Assembly (NCBI GenBank): GCA_039189765.1
Contig: JBCCYL010000001.1
Location: forward strand, 125,020-189,019
Reading direction: 5' to 3'
Length of the DNA stretch: 64,000 nucleotides
From: Cyanobacteria bacterium P01_F01_bin.150
GTDB taxonomy: Bacteria; Cyanobacteriota; Cyanobacteriia; CAKZMO01
The position numbers and the translations under genes are program-made. The notes beneath the pieces are model-generated. The model saw only the letters and a list, made by a program, of their open reading frames with translations. It searched no databases and was not told the origin of the DNA. Of the stretch, positions 28,472-38,904 are shown piece after piece. The first letter of the stretch is position 1. Each line of letters opens with the position of its first letter.

Positions 28472-31400
28472 ATGGTACAAGTCAATTTAGCGACTTCAAC
28501 GAACTTTAGCGGTGATGCTAATGCCGTTATTGAGGATCAAGGCAATGAGCTAACGTTTGAATTTAGCCTAGATGAGGCAGCCCCTGCAGGAGGCTTAAAG
28601 GTTTATGTTGATAGCAATGTTCCGGAGATCTTAAATCGATTTAATCTACTAGCGTTAGCCTTTGACCCTTCTAGGTTTTCCAATCTAACAACCAACCAGG
28701 AGTCGTTCACCGATTTCTCCAACAGTGGTTTCTCGGTGACCATTAACGCTGGTGCAACGGAAGCCTCAGTCACTATTCCGATTTTTGACACTGATGAGTC
28801 AATCCCCGATCCGTTCTTCCCAGAGACCTATGATGGATTGACAACGACAACGTTTACCCTCAAGACGCGAGATCAAATTGACTCTGCCGATGAGACAAGC
28901 CCCAGGGGGAGCACAGGAAATGATTTGGACTCCGTAGAAGGTGATGGTGTCCAGATTAGCGACTACACCATTGGTACCGCTTCAAGTACCGTTCTGATTG
29001 CAGATACGGTCAGTCAGTTACCTGGGCCTGTACCAACCGATGGCTATGACGAAGCTGTTAGTGGAGACATTTCAAACGATCCCAGCAGCCCTCTTAGCTT
29101 GCCTTTAGCTGAAGGGACGACAAGTCTGTCGGCAACCACAGGTAACGCAGACCAGGAGTATGTAACCGTCACGGTTCCAGATGGCTTTGAACTTGAATCG
29201 TTAGTGCTTGAGTCTTACTCCCCATCCGATGTTTCCTTTATTGGCGTGCAAGAAGGCACAACCTTTACCGAGCCACTGGACAACAGCGCAACGCTTAGCG
29301 AATTTTTAGGCTACACCCTATTTGGCATTAGTGCTATTGGCACTGACATTCTAGACAATATTGGCAACGGCTCCAATGGTGCAAACTTTGGTGGGCAGGG
29401 ATTTGAAGGGCCACTACCTTCCGGTGACTATACGTTTGCCATACAGCAGCTTGGTGGTCCTAGCGATTACGAATTAAGCTTCAATATTGCTGCTGTTGAT
29501 GACGGCGATGGCGGCGGCGATGGCGGCGATGGCGGCGGCGATGGCGGCGATGGCGGCGGTGGTGACGGCGGCGGTAACGATGGGCCTCCCGTAGTTAGCT
29601 TTGAAGTGGTGCCAAACACCTTCTCAGAAGAGTCCGCAAACAATTTAGTCGAATGGAAGTGGACCGTTACCGGTGAGTTCCCCGAAGATGGCCTCATCGT
29701 CAACCTCGATACCTCTGGAGGAGATGAACCCTTTGCCTTTACTGGACAATTTGCCGCTCAACCCGAACCCGAATTTATCAACGCAGACATCGTTGATTTT
29801 GACTTTAGCGGCAGACTCAATATTCAGCTATCCGAGCCTGAAGCATCATTTAAGCTCTACTTTATTGACGACATCATTGAAGAAGGCACCCAAACCTTTG
29901 AATTCCGACTTGTAGATGGCGAAGGCTACACCGTAGACTCAGCCCTCAACGGCAGTGTCTTTACCATTACTGATGATAATGGGGGTCCCGGTTTCGGTCC
30001 CACCGTTGGTCTGTCCGTGTCCGAGACGGACTTGGCCGAAGGCGACCCTCTAACCGTTACCTTTACGACTGAAGGTGATATTCCTGATGACGGGGTACAG
30101 GTCCTGGTTCAAAGTGATGTATTTGGTGCTCTGGGGCAATTTGAGCTAGCCGACCTAAACAACATCACCACCACTGGCATTGCAGGCTTGCCTGAAGTCG
30201 GTGACGGGGGCGGCAGTAGTTTCTTGGTCACCATCACCGACCCCATCGCAACAATTGATCTAAGCGTCTTTGATGACATCTTGTCGGAAGACCCTCTCGA
30301 TATCGCATTCACTCTGGCCAATGGTGAAGAATATGAGGTAGACCCTGACGCTGCCGGTGTGACCCTAACCATTTCCGATGAAGTTCAGCCTGCCGGACCG
30401 ACGGTTGGGCTGAGCGTTGATAAAACCACCGTAGTAGAAGGTGAGGCATTGACCCTCACTATTGCCGTGGACGGAGAGATTCCTCCAGAGGGATTACAGG
30501 TTCTGATTAATGATGTGGACAGCGTGCAAAATCAAGTCAGAAGTCTGACTGAGTTTGATATTGCCAGCGTGCAAACGGAAGGGATTGATGGGTTCCCCAT
30601 CCCTGCAGAGGGCGACAGCGGGTTCTTTGTAACAGTCACTGAACCTACGGCTACGATTACGCTAAATGCATTTGATGAGGGTGCGGACGAAGACGAAGCG
30701 GCTGAATCATTTACCTTTGCGGTGATTGATGGAGAAGCCTATGAGGTAGACCCAGATGCCAGCGGTGTCACGGTCAACATTGTTGACGTAGCTGACGCTT
30801 CAGAGACGCCCGTCGTCACTCTCACCGTAACGCCGCTTGCTAGTGAAGATGACAATCAAACCATAACTCTTACTTTCAATGTTGAAGGGGAAATCCCAAC
30901 AGATGGGCTACCCATTACAATTGAGGGTGACTTTCTAACCCTGTTTGATCCACAACTTCGCCTGCTTAATCAAAATATTCCTTTGGCAATTGAACCAGCG
31001 ACCGGTCTTGTCCCCATCGCCAATCGAGGCAGCGAATTTGATATTGCGCTTACAGCGCCGGAAGTAACCGTTTCTGTTGTCCTCTTTGATGACATCCTTG
31101 AAGAAGAAGCTCTGGAACTAAGTTTCGCGGTATCAGAAGGAGATGGCTATATTGTTGGTGGAGATGGCCCAGCAACCGTTACCATTGTGGACGGTGATAG
31201 TGTGACTCCTGGCAGCGGTCCAACTGTTAGCCTCTCGGTCACCAACACTAGTGTGGCAGAAGGTGATGAGCTTACAGTTAACTTTGATGTGGATGGTGCC
31301 ATCCCGGATAGCGGTCTTACTGTTTTTGTAGATGGTCCTCCTGCGGCAATCGGCGAATTCGCAATCTTTGATGAGAACAACAATCCATTGGTTACGACTG

Positions 31401-34357
31401 ATGGCGTTGCTGGTTTTCCAGTACCAGATAACGACGCAGGTGGTTTCTTTGTAACCCTTGTGGAAGAGCAAGCTTCGCTGACTCTCTCAGTCTTTGAAGA
31501 TGGCCCTGGCGAAGGTGAGGAAAGCCTGACTTTTGACTTAATTGATGGTGAAGCATACGAAGTATTAGAATCGGCATCATCCGTTGATCTCACCATTACG
31601 AACGACACCCCCGAAGGCACAGCAATCGTCGGCGTAACGTTAGACCCCGCAGTGGTTTCTGAAGAGGGTGATGCACCTGCATTTACGGCAACCTTTACTG
31701 TTACTAATGCTGAGATTCCTCCAGTCGAATTGGATGCCGATGGCAACTATGTCTCTGGCGGACTATCGGTGTTCGTGAATGGTGGTCTTGATATCATCAA
31801 TATTTTTGATGATGCGACTGGGCTTCAAATCCTTGATGGCATTGCCCTGGGCTCTTTCTTTGATCCTGAACAGCCCGGCCTTGTGGAGTTTATTCTGCTA
31901 GAGCCTACTTCTACCGCGACCCTCAATATCCTTAATGACGTGATTGAAGAGGGCAATGAGGACTTTACATTCTCCCTCGTCAATGACGATGCGGGTGTGC
32001 TGGGTTCCTCCTACGCCGTTAGTCCAGACGCTGCTAGCATTACCGTCACGATCGCGGATGATAACGGTGGTCCAGGGGTTGGACCCACTGTTGGCATCAC
32101 CGTAACTGACACTGAGTTGGTTGAAGGCGAAGAATTTACGCTCAACTTTACCCTTGAGGGGGATGATGTACCATCTGCGGATAACCCTTTAACCGTTTTG
32201 GTTGATAGCCCAACCTTTGCCGCTTTGGGTGAGTTTTTGTTGTTCGATGAAAATGGGACTCCCCTCTTTAGCACTACTGGTATTGATGGTGTTCCCGTTG
32301 TGGGTGATACCGGAGCGAGCAGCTTCTTGGTTGACCTAATTGACTCGACTGCCAGCATCACGCTTTCTGTTTTCGATGATGGCCCAGATGAAGGACTGGA
32401 GACGCTCACATTTGATGTGGTGAACGGAGAGGAGTACGAAGTATCTGAAACTAACAGTTCTGTTACCGTTAACATAAACGATGCTGAATCAACTCTGCCA
32501 GTTGTTTCCTTCGTTACGACAACTCCGGTGGTAACTGAAGATGAGCAACCAGTAGCAGAATTTGTATTCACTATCGACGGTGACATTCCTGACGATGACC
32601 AAGGGTTGGTCGTTACCGTTGGTGGTGACGGGATTGAAAAGCTGTTTGCGCCTCGCTTCCTTGATGGCAGTGTTCCCTTGGCGTTTGATCCAGCAGATGG
32701 CGTCATTCCGATTGGCTTTACGGGAACAGAAGTGATCCTCGGGTTTACCGCATCAGAGGTTACCTCCGCAGCAACCATTTTCAATGACATTGTCGAAGAA
32801 GAATCCGATGTCTTAACCTTCGAGATCTTGCCAGCAGACGGTTACACCATTGGTCAAGGAACGGCTAGCGTTACCGTTGAGGATGGCCCTAGTGCGACCC
32901 CTGGAGAGGGTCCAACCGTAAGCCTGTCTGTAAGCGATTCGGACTTGTTCGAAGGAGATGAATTCACCGTTAACATTACCGTGGATGAGACGACTGGAGC
33001 CATCCCAGAAGGTGGTCTGGAACTCTTTATTGATGGTGGACCCACTGATTTAGGAGAGTTCAACATCTTTGGTGAAAACGGAATCGACCCTGACACTGAT
33101 TTAGTTGGGTTAGCTGGATTCCCAGAACAGGGTGATGATCTTGGTGGCTTCTTCGTGACTGTAGTAGAACCCCAAGCCTCTATTACCTTATCAGTGTTTG
33201 AAGATGGCCCCACCGAAGGTCAAGAGCTGCTTACCTTTGAACTAGCCAATGGTGAACTCTATGAAGTGGCGGCGGATGCCGGTAGCGTGGACTTGACGAT
33301 CAATGATGGCGGTGAGGATGCAGTCTTTGCGGCTAAGTCAGGCGTTACTAGCGTATTCCTTGACTTCGCTCTGTTGGAGGACGTCGCAGGCCTAACTCTC
33401 GTCAGTGCGGATAGTGATGCCGTCCCAGCGACTCGCCCCTCCTTTCTAGATCCGTTCCAAGTTGGATTTGCCATCACTGATGACACCGACTTTACCTTTG
33501 CCCCTGCGCCGTTTACGCCCCTGGGTGGCACCATTGAGCACTCTGGCACCATTACCCTGGGATTGGGTGGCGCTGAAGCAACCATCGGTGAGTTTTCCAT
33601 TGGCTTTGATCCGGCGCGGGCGTCCGATACCGCCAGCGGTTTCTTTGTCGCTGATACATTGGATGACGCTTTGGGTCTAGAGGTGCTGTTTGATATCAGC
33701 GCCCCTGGAACAGTTATTACCTCTGGTGGCAACCTGGAAATTAGTGCCGCCGATCTGCTGCTTGCGCCAGAATTGGCTGGGGCATTGGGACTGGATGATT
33801 TGGCTGGAGCCGATGTGGGTGATGCCCAAATTGATGCAGTTGTTGCACTTACTGATGCCCCAGCGCCTAGCGCTAGCCTTGACTTCGAGGGGGATGCCCT
33901 AGAGGTTGGGGATGTGGTGACTGACCAGTTTGATGGCTTGACCATTGCGGTTGAAGGCGAGTTGGAGGCGATGATCTTTGATACGGCTAATCCAACCGGA
34001 GGCGATTACGACCTTCGCAGTGATGATCTGGGTCAAGTGTTGATTATCTCTGAAGACGGTGACTCTGCTGATCCGGATGACAACATCAGAGGCGGGACCT
34101 TGATGTTTAATTGGGATGGCGGAGTTAGTCTTGAGAGCATTGGTCTGCTTGATATTGAAGAGTCAGGCGGTGTCGTCACGATCTACGGTGAAGATGATAT
34201 GACCGTGTTGGCCACTGTTGATATTCCTGGATTGGAAAACAATAGTTACCAGAGCCTCAGCATCGGAACTGATGCTGTCGGCAAGATTGATGTATCGCTA
34301 GTGGGCAGTGGTGCCATCACGGAAATTATCCTTGGCGATACCGAAGCTGCATCATAG
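28472..34357 (+). CDS. Giant (1961 aa) family paralog: shared N-terminal domain, (GDGG)n linker, Calx-beta-like modules, unrecognised 'domain X', family C-terminal domain
   Basis: ATG 28472 has GGAGA 12 nt upstream. The N-terminus MVQVNLATSTNFSGDANAVIEDQGNELTFEFSLDEAAPAGGLKVYVDSNVPEILNRFNLL is near-identical to the gene at 8705. The tail is ...VGSGAITEIILGDTEAAS*. Confidence 0.85.
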   Translation: MVQVNLATSTNFSGDANAVIEDQGNELTFEFSLDEAAPAGGLKVYVDSNVPEILNRFNLLALAFDPSRFSNLTTNQESFTDFSNSGFSVTINAGATEASVTIPIFDTDESIPDPFFPETYDGLTTTTFTLKTRDQIDSADETSPRGSTGNDLDSVEGDGVQISDYTIGTASSTVLIADTVSQLPGPVPTDGYDEAVSGDISNDPSSPLSLPLAEGTTSLSATTGNADQEYVTVTVPDGFELESLVLESYSPSDVSFIGVQEGTTFTEPLDNSATLSEFLGYTLFGISAIGTDILDNIGNGSNGANFGGQGFEGPLPSGDYTFAIQQLGGPSDYELSFNIAAVDDGDGGGDGGDGGGDGGDGGGGDGGGNDGPPVVSFEVVPNTFSEESANNLVEWKWTVTGEFPEDGLIVNLDTSGGDEPFAFTGQFAAQPEPEFINADIVDFDFSGRLNIQLSEPEASFKLYFIDDIIEEGTQTFEFRLVDGEGYTVDSALNGSVFTITDDNGGPGFGPTVGLSVSETDLAEGDPLTVTFTTEGDIPDDGVQVLVQSDVFGALGQFELADLNNITTTGIAGLPEVGDGGGSSFLVTITDPIATIDLSVFDDILSEDPLDIAFTLANGEEYEVDPDAAGVTLTISDEVQPAGPTVGLSVDKTTVVEGEALTLTIAVDGEIPPEGLQVLINDVDSVQNQVRSLTEFDIASVQTEGIDGFPIPAEGDSGFFVTVTEPTATITLNAFDEGADEDEAAESFTFAVIDGEAYEVDPDASGVTVNIVDVADASETPVVTLTVTPLASEDDNQTITLTFNVEGEIPTDGLPITIEGDFLTLFDPQLRLLNQNIPLAIEPATGLVPIANRGSEFDIALTAPEVTVSVVLFDDILEEEALELSFAVSEGDGYIVGGDGPATVTIVDGDSVTPGSGPTVSLSVTNTSVAEGDELTVNFDVDGAIPDSGLTVFVDGPPAAIGEFAIFDENNNPLVTTDGVAGFPVPDNDAGGFFVTLVEEQASLTLSVFEDGPGEGEESLTFDLIDGEAYEVLESASSVDLTITNDTPEGTAIVGVTLDPAVVSEEGDAPAFTATFTVTNAEIPPVELDADGNYVSGGLSVFVNGGLDIINIFDDATGLQILDGIALGSFFDPEQPGLVEFILLEPTSTATLNILNDVIEEGNEDFTFSLVNDDAGVLGSSYAVSPDAASITVTIADDNGGPGVGPTVGITVTDTELVEGEEFTLNFTLEGDDVPSADNPLTVLVDSPTFAALGEFLLFDENGTPLFSTTGIDGVPVVGDTGASSFLVDLIDSTASITLSVFDDGPDEGLETLTFDVVNGEEYEVSETNSSVTVNINDAESTLPVVSFVTTTPVVTEDEQPVAEFVFTIDGDIPDDDQGLVVTVGGDGIEKLFAPRFLDGSVPLAFDPADGVIPIGFTGTEVILGFTASEVTSAATIFNDIVEEESDVLTFEILPADGYTIGQGTASVTVEDGPSATPGEGPTVSLSVSDSDLFEGDEFTVNITVDETTGAIPEGGLELFIDGGPTDLGEFNIFGENGIDPDTDLVGLAGFPEQGDDLGGFFVTVVEPQASITLSVFEDGPTEGQELLTFELANGELYEVAADAGSVDLTINDGGEDAVFAAKSGVTSVFLDFALLEDVAGLTLVSADSDAVPATRPSFLDPFQVGFAITDDTDFTFAPAPFTPLGGTIEHSGTITLGLGGAEATIGEFSIGFDPARASDTASGFFVADTLDDALGLEVLFDISAPGTVITSGGNLEISAADLLLAPELAGALGLDDLAGADVGDAQIDAVVALTDAPAPSASLDFEGDALEVGDVVTDQFDGLTIAVEGELEAMIFDTANPTGGDYDLRSDDLGQVLIISEDGDSADPDDNIRGGTLMFNWDGGVSLESIGLLDIEESGGVVTIYGEDDMTVLATVDIPGLENNSYQSLSIGTDAVGKIDVSLVGSGAITEIILGDTEAAS

Positions 34358-34542
34358 GATCCTAGACCTTGTTCAAGCTTTCTAGGAAGATTAGAATGTC
34401 AGGATGAAGAGCATTTTAGGGTCTTCTAGCCCCTTTCCTAATATTCTCTTTACCTCTTGTAAGTTTGACGACTGAGTCAGGAAGATTTCAACGGGATACT
34501 GCGGTCTTTGCTACAGTATCCCGCTTTAAAGTAAAAACCTTA

Positions 34543-34690
34543 TGAATCAACCATTTGTTAGTTTGAGTGCAAAGCCAGATTCAGCTTTAGAAGGCGATCG
34601 CACCACAGTTACCCTAACGTTTAGCCTAAATATTATTCCTCCAGAGTCGAGTCTAACCCTCTAAGGTAGACAGCCCAGACTTGGGGGAAT
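34543..34690 (+). pseudogene. Decayed remnant of a Calx-beta-like module (frameshifted) immediately upstream of gene 34733
   Basis: ATG 34543 translates as MNQPFVSLSAKPDSALEGDRTTVTLTFSLNIIPPESSLTL*, which has the module pattern VSLS..EGD..TVTF. One frame over, 34660-34698 encodes VDSPDLGEFDVY*, matching the family motif VDS....LGEFDVFNAE. The module is split by a stop and a frameshift. Confidence 0.45.
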
Positions 34691-34732
34691 TTGACGTTTA
34701 TTGATTCTAGTAATTTACAGGACCCTACTTCC

Positions 34733-35790
34733 ATGACCCTACCCGATCGCGTGATTGACGCCCTTGATACGGCCCTTGCGGAAAACCTGCCCCCAGAAGT
34801 CCCTGGTGCTGCCGTCGCTATCCTTACCCCTGAAGGGGAATGGTTTGGTGCTGCTGGGCTATCAGATTTAGAAAACAATGTTGCTTTAGCACCGGACGAT
34901 CGCTTCGAGGCAGGCAGCATCACCAAAACCTTTGTCGCCACTACGCTACTGCAGCTCGTTGAAGAAAATCAACTTGAACTAGACGACACCCTGACCGAGT
35001 GGCTGCCACCCACGATTACCGATCTGGTTCCCAACGCCAGCGATATTACCATTGAGCAAATTTTGGGTCACACCAGCGGCATTGCCGATTATTTGGATGG
35101 TTTGACCGCCCAAGCTACCCTTAACCCAACCCTGTTTTTACAACAGTGGGAACCCGAACAGCTTATTAGCTTTATTGATGGCGTCGATCCATTATTCGAT
35201 CCGGGAACGTCTTGGGAATATTCCAACACCAATTATATTTTGGCTGGGGAAGTTATTGAGGCGGTGACTGGGAATAGCTATGGGCAGGAGATCCGCGATC
35301 GCATCCTCGACCCCGTCGGTCTCGACAACACCTTTGTATTTGGGGAAGAAGACATTCCTGGCGACTACATTAGAGGGTACTGGGACTTTAACGGTGACGG
35401 CACCCTGGATAACCTACGCGTTACTGACCTGTCCTGGACCGGATCGGCGGGGTCGATTATTTCCAACACTGAAGACCTGGCTGACTTCTTTGAGGCGTTA
35501 CTGGTGGACCAGACATTACTCCAGGACGAGACCCTGGACGAAATGCTGGATACCATTCCCGTTAACTCCCCCAACTATGATTCCTATGGTTTAGGGATTG
35601 GAACGTTGGAGTCACGGAACCGCTTCTGGTACGTTCACCGGGGGCAGACGTTAGCGTTTCGTTCTAATCTTTGGTATTCTCCTCTGGAAGACATTACCTA
35701 TGTGGAGCTGCTGAATGGTCGCTCCAGCAGTAATTTAGTCAGCGATCTGCTGCCCACCTATCGCCGCACCATTCAGCCTCCCACCCCCGA
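34733..35790 (+). other. Beta-lactamase-family (PF00144-type, class C/esterase/DD-peptidase-like) domain
   Basis: SITK (SxxK active-site serine), YSN (YxN) and TGS box motifs sit at the appropriate spacing. Confidence 0.6.
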
Positions 35791-38743
35791 TATCATCACC
35801 TACGACTTTTCATGGACAGGGCAGATTGCTGGATTCTCGGTTGAAGGGGAATTTAGCTACGATTTAAACCAGTCCTACGAGGACGGGATTGTGAGGGAGG
35901 AGAATTTGGAATCCTTTGATATCACATTCTTTGATCCGGCTGGAAACTTACTCAGAACCTACGAAGATAATCATTTAACCTTTCCTGAATTTAACTTTGC
36001 GTTTGATACTAATACCCAAGAAATTCTCCAAGACGGGTTTTTCCTGGGGTCCGATGGCTTTAATTTTGGTGAAAAGACCGCTGTGGGCGATGGGTTTACG
36101 GGGCTTAACTTCTGGTCCCGCCCTGAGTTTAATTCCCAGGGCGAGGTTCCGCCTCCCCACCTCCATATTGATGATTGGGCCGATGAGTTTGGGTTCCCCT
36201 TGGGCTTTAGCTCCCATGAAGACGTGGCATTCTTTACCCGAACTACGGCGGACCTGATTGCCACAGGACGCACGGGCGATGCCTATGTAGATAATCCCGT
36301 CGCTGGTTTGGATGAATTTGGCGATCGCATCGTCGTTTCCGTTCCCGCTAACCAGGACGGAACATTTGAGGTCGAGGCGGGGGTAACGAGCCTATTCCTG
36401 AATTTCTCTCTCTTTGAATCCGCAGGGCTAGTTATTCAGGACGCCACACCCACTGCAACCCCATTTTCCAATGAGTTCCAGCTTGCCTTTGAAGTGAGTG
36501 GTGCTGATTTTAGCTTTGAATCTGTTCCCTTTGCGCCGTTGGGCGGCAGCATTTTCCACACTGGAGATATTACATTTTTAGTCGGTGGTGATACGCTCCT
36601 TACCATTGGTGATTTCTCCGTCGGCTTTGACGCTAGCCGAGTCAGCGATACCACCAGCGGCTTCTTTGTTGCCGATACCCTAGAGGATGGACTAGGTATT
36701 GATGTTCTTTTTGACGTCAGTAATCCAGACCGCCTGATTGTGGCTGACGATGAGTTGACCATCGCAGATGCAGATTTATTGTTAGCACCTGAACTGGCGG
36801 AAATCTTGGGGATAAATGACGCTATTGGCGCGGATGTTGGCGACGTTCGCATTGATGCTGCGCTGATGGACATTTCTGATCCGCCGCCGCCCCCTCCCAC
36901 CGATACGCCCGTTATCAGCATTTCTGTGGAACCCAGCGTGGTGGCTGAAGAGGGCGATACGACTTTCTTCGAGTTTATCTTAAACGTGGATGGGGAGATT
37001 CCTCCACCGGAATTTGATGCAGACGGCAACCTGATTTCCGGTGGATTGCCCTTCTTCTTTGATAGCAGCGTTGGTGCCATTTTTGAGGAAATTGAGGGTG
37101 GCCCGATTATCAACGGCTTTACCTTTGGCTCTGTTACTACAGAAACGGGAGGGCTGGAATTTATTCTGCTGGAAGATGGTGCAACCTCTGGCTTTAATAT
37201 CTTCAATGACCTGATTGAGGAAGAGGAACAGTTTACTTTTAGCATCTTTAACGATGATGAGGGGCTGCTTAACTCCAACTACACGGTTAATCCTGAGGCG
37301 TCCAGCGCGACGGTGACCATCATTGATAATAATGGTGGTCCTGGGGTGGGTCCTACTGTCAGCCTGTCGGTCAGCGAGTCAAATTTGGTGGAGGGCGATC
37401 GCTTCACCGTCAATTTCGATGTCGAGGGTGACTTGCCCGAGGGTGGCCTTGACGTCCTTGTGACTAGCGATATGGAAGGGGCCATTGGTGAGTTTGTTAT
37501 TTTTGACGAAAACAACAATTTGGCGGTTGAAACAAACGGTATTGCCGGAGTTCCCATCGCGGGAGACGGTACGGGCAGCAGCTTTGTGGTGACGTTGGTT
37601 GCCCCAGAGGCATCCCTAACCCTTGATGTCTTTGATGATGGTCCAGGAGAGGGGCTGGAGAGCATTGTGTTTGAGGTCGCCAATGGTGAACTCTATGAAA
37701 TCACAGAACTCACCAGTGCTGTAGAGCTGATGATAGACGATGCCACGAGCGTTCCTCCCCCCGAAGCAGTGGTCACCGTTGACTTTAGTACAACGACATT
37801 TATTGAAGAACTAGGCACGCCGTTCCCTGGTGAAGTAGAAAATCCTCAAACCCTTACGGTCACCTTTACCGTGGAGGGAGAACTGCCAGACGGTGTATCT
37901 CCCGTGGTGAATTTTGCCTCTAGCGAACCCGACGGTTTGACTCGCTTCTCTTTAACAGAGGCCCAGACGGACGGTTTAATTGCCGTGGCTGATGTTATTA
38001 ACTTTGAGTTTACCGACGCCCAAATTACCCTGCTGGAACCCACGTCTTCATTGACCCTTCCTGTCTTTAATCTGCCCGATGATAGGGACTTAGATAGTGA
38101 CGGCATCATCGAAGACTTTGCGGGGCAAACGGAGATGGTTGACTTTACTATTACCTCTTTGACGGATGGCGTAACCATTAATCCTGACACGCAGGTCATT
38201 ACAGGTACCTTCTTTGAGACTATCGCCGATGCCTCACCGACTCCGTCGGCTAGCATTGACTTTGAATCAGGTAGCGCCGGAGCACTCAGTGCAGGGGATG
38301 TGGTGACCAATCAGATTGACGGTCTCTCCATTGAGGCGGCTGATGATTTGGCGGTGATGATTTTCGATAGTGAGAATCCAACCGGAGGCGATAAGGATTT
38401 GGCTAGTTCCACCCTGGGCAATGTCCTGATTATTTCTGAGGATGGTGATTCCGCAGATCCTGACGACAACGCAAAGGGCGGCACCCTTATGTTTGACTGG
38501 GATGGCACCGTAAGCGTGGCGAGCTTAGGTCTGTTAGATATTGAGGAAACTGGCGGTAGTGTTACTCTGTATAGTTCGGATGACACCACTGTTCTGGCAA
38601 CCATTGATATTCCTGGATTGGGTGATAACAGTATTCAGTCCCTCGATATTGGTACTGCTGATGTCGGCAAAATGGATGTCTTCTTAGTCGGTAGTGGAGC
38701 CATCACGGAAATTATCCTAGCGGAGGACAGCAGCATCGCTTAG
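34733..38743 (+). CDS. Family paralog (~1336 aa) with N-terminal beta-lactamase-fold serine hydrolase domain, 'WTGQIAGFSVEG' domain, domain X, Calx-beta-like modules, family C-terminal domain
   Basis: The ORF track starts at TTG 34691; the first ATG is 34733 (MTLPDRVIDALD). The SxxK motif is GSITKTF, YxN is YSNTNY and the KTG-like box is WTGSAGS. The tail is ...VGSGAITEIILAEDSSIA*. Confidence 0.8.
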   Translation: MTLPDRVIDALDTALAENLPPEVPGAAVAILTPEGEWFGAAGLSDLENNVALAPDDRFEAGSITKTFVATTLLQLVEENQLELDDTLTEWLPPTITDLVPNASDITIEQILGHTSGIADYLDGLTAQATLNPTLFLQQWEPEQLISFIDGVDPLFDPGTSWEYSNTNYILAGEVIEAVTGNSYGQEIRDRILDPVGLDNTFVFGEEDIPGDYIRGYWDFNGDGTLDNLRVTDLSWTGSAGSIISNTEDLADFFEALLVDQTLLQDETLDEMLDTIPVNSPNYDSYGLGIGTLESRNRFWYVHRGQTLAFRSNLWYSPLEDITYVELLNGRSSSNLVSDLLPTYRRTIQPPTPDIITYDFSWTGQIAGFSVEGEFSYDLNQSYEDGIVREENLESFDITFFDPAGNLLRTYEDNHLTFPEFNFAFDTNTQEILQDGFFLGSDGFNFGEKTAVGDGFTGLNFWSRPEFNSQGEVPPPHLHIDDWADEFGFPLGFSSHEDVAFFTRTTADLIATGRTGDAYVDNPVAGLDEFGDRIVVSVPANQDGTFEVEAGVTSLFLNFSLFESAGLVIQDATPTATPFSNEFQLAFEVSGADFSFESVPFAPLGGSIFHTGDITFLVGGDTLLTIGDFSVGFDASRVSDTTSGFFVADTLEDGLGIDVLFDVSNPDRLIVADDELTIADADLLLAPELAEILGINDAIGADVGDVRIDAALMDISDPPPPPPTDTPVISISVEPSVVAEEGDTTFFEFILNVDGEIPPPEFDADGNLISGGLPFFFDSSVGAIFEEIEGGPIINGFTFGSVTTETGGLEFILLEDGATSGFNIFNDLIEEEEQFTFSIFNDDEGLLNSNYTVNPEASSATVTIIDNNGGPGVGPTVSLSVSESNLVEGDRFTVNFDVEGDLPEGGLDVLVTSDMEGAIGEFVIFDENNNLAVETNGIAGVPIAGDGTGSSFVVTLVAPEASLTLDVFDDGPGEGLESIVFEVANGELYEITELTSAVELMIDDATSVPPPEAVVTVDFSTTTFIEELGTPFPGEVENPQTLTVTFTVEGELPDGVSPVVNFASSEPDGLTRFSLTEAQTDGLIAVADVINFEFTDAQITLLEPTSSLTLPVFNLPDDRDLDSDGIIEDFAGQTEMVDFTITSLTDGVTINPDTQVITGTFFETIADASPTPSASIDFESGSAGALSAGDVVTNQIDGLSIEAADDLAVMIFDSENPTGGDKDLASSTLGNVLIISEDGDSADPDDNAKGGTLMFDWDGTVSVASLGLLDIEETGGSVTLYSSDDTTVLATIDIPGLGDNSIQSLDIGTADVGKMDVFLVGSGAITEIILAEDSSIA

Positions 38744-38773
38744 GCTATTTCTATTTCTAAGTGATTGACCTCG

Positions 38774-38808
38774 AACGGTCTGTGGCTGCGGCTGTAGACC
38801 GTTTTTTT
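38774..38808 (+). terminator. Putative rho-independent terminator after gene 34733
   Basis: ACGGTCT...AGACCGT stem followed by TTTTTTTG. The stem is imperfect. Confidence 0.4.
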
Positions 38809-38841
38809 GTAAAAAGTATGGCCAATGCAACGATGGTCCTG

Positions 38842-38904
38842 TTGGTTAAGACGTTTTTGTGGAGGCACGTCGCGCTCCCATTAACCAACCACAGTTGATA
38901 CCCC
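38842..38904. repeat. Conserved palindromic intergenic element, copy 2
   Basis: TTGGTTAAGACG...GTGGAGGCACGTCGCGCTCCCA...TTAACCAACCACAGTTGATACCCC. The core GCGCGACGTGCC is in the opposite orientation relative to copy 4, and the 3' AGTTGATACCCC motif is shared. Confidence 0.45.

Noticed and set aside
31147-31746. Long minus-strand ORFs inside the giant genes (e.g. 31147-31746, 32011-32790, 33259-33945, 36436-37278, 37279-37683, 45426-45920, 51193-51606)
   Set aside because: They are antisense to uninterrupted, codon-biased, domain-bearing plus-strand ORFs. They translate to S/P/T/G-rich low-complexity sequence with no motifs. This is typical stop-codon-poor antisense of GA-rich acidic coding sequence.
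34691-34732. TTG start at 34691 for gene 34733 (ORF-track start)
   Set aside because: It is possible but unsupported. The upstream sequence is a decayed module remnant rather than an RBS. The first ATG (34733, MTLPDRVIDALD) is preferred, but the call is uncertain.
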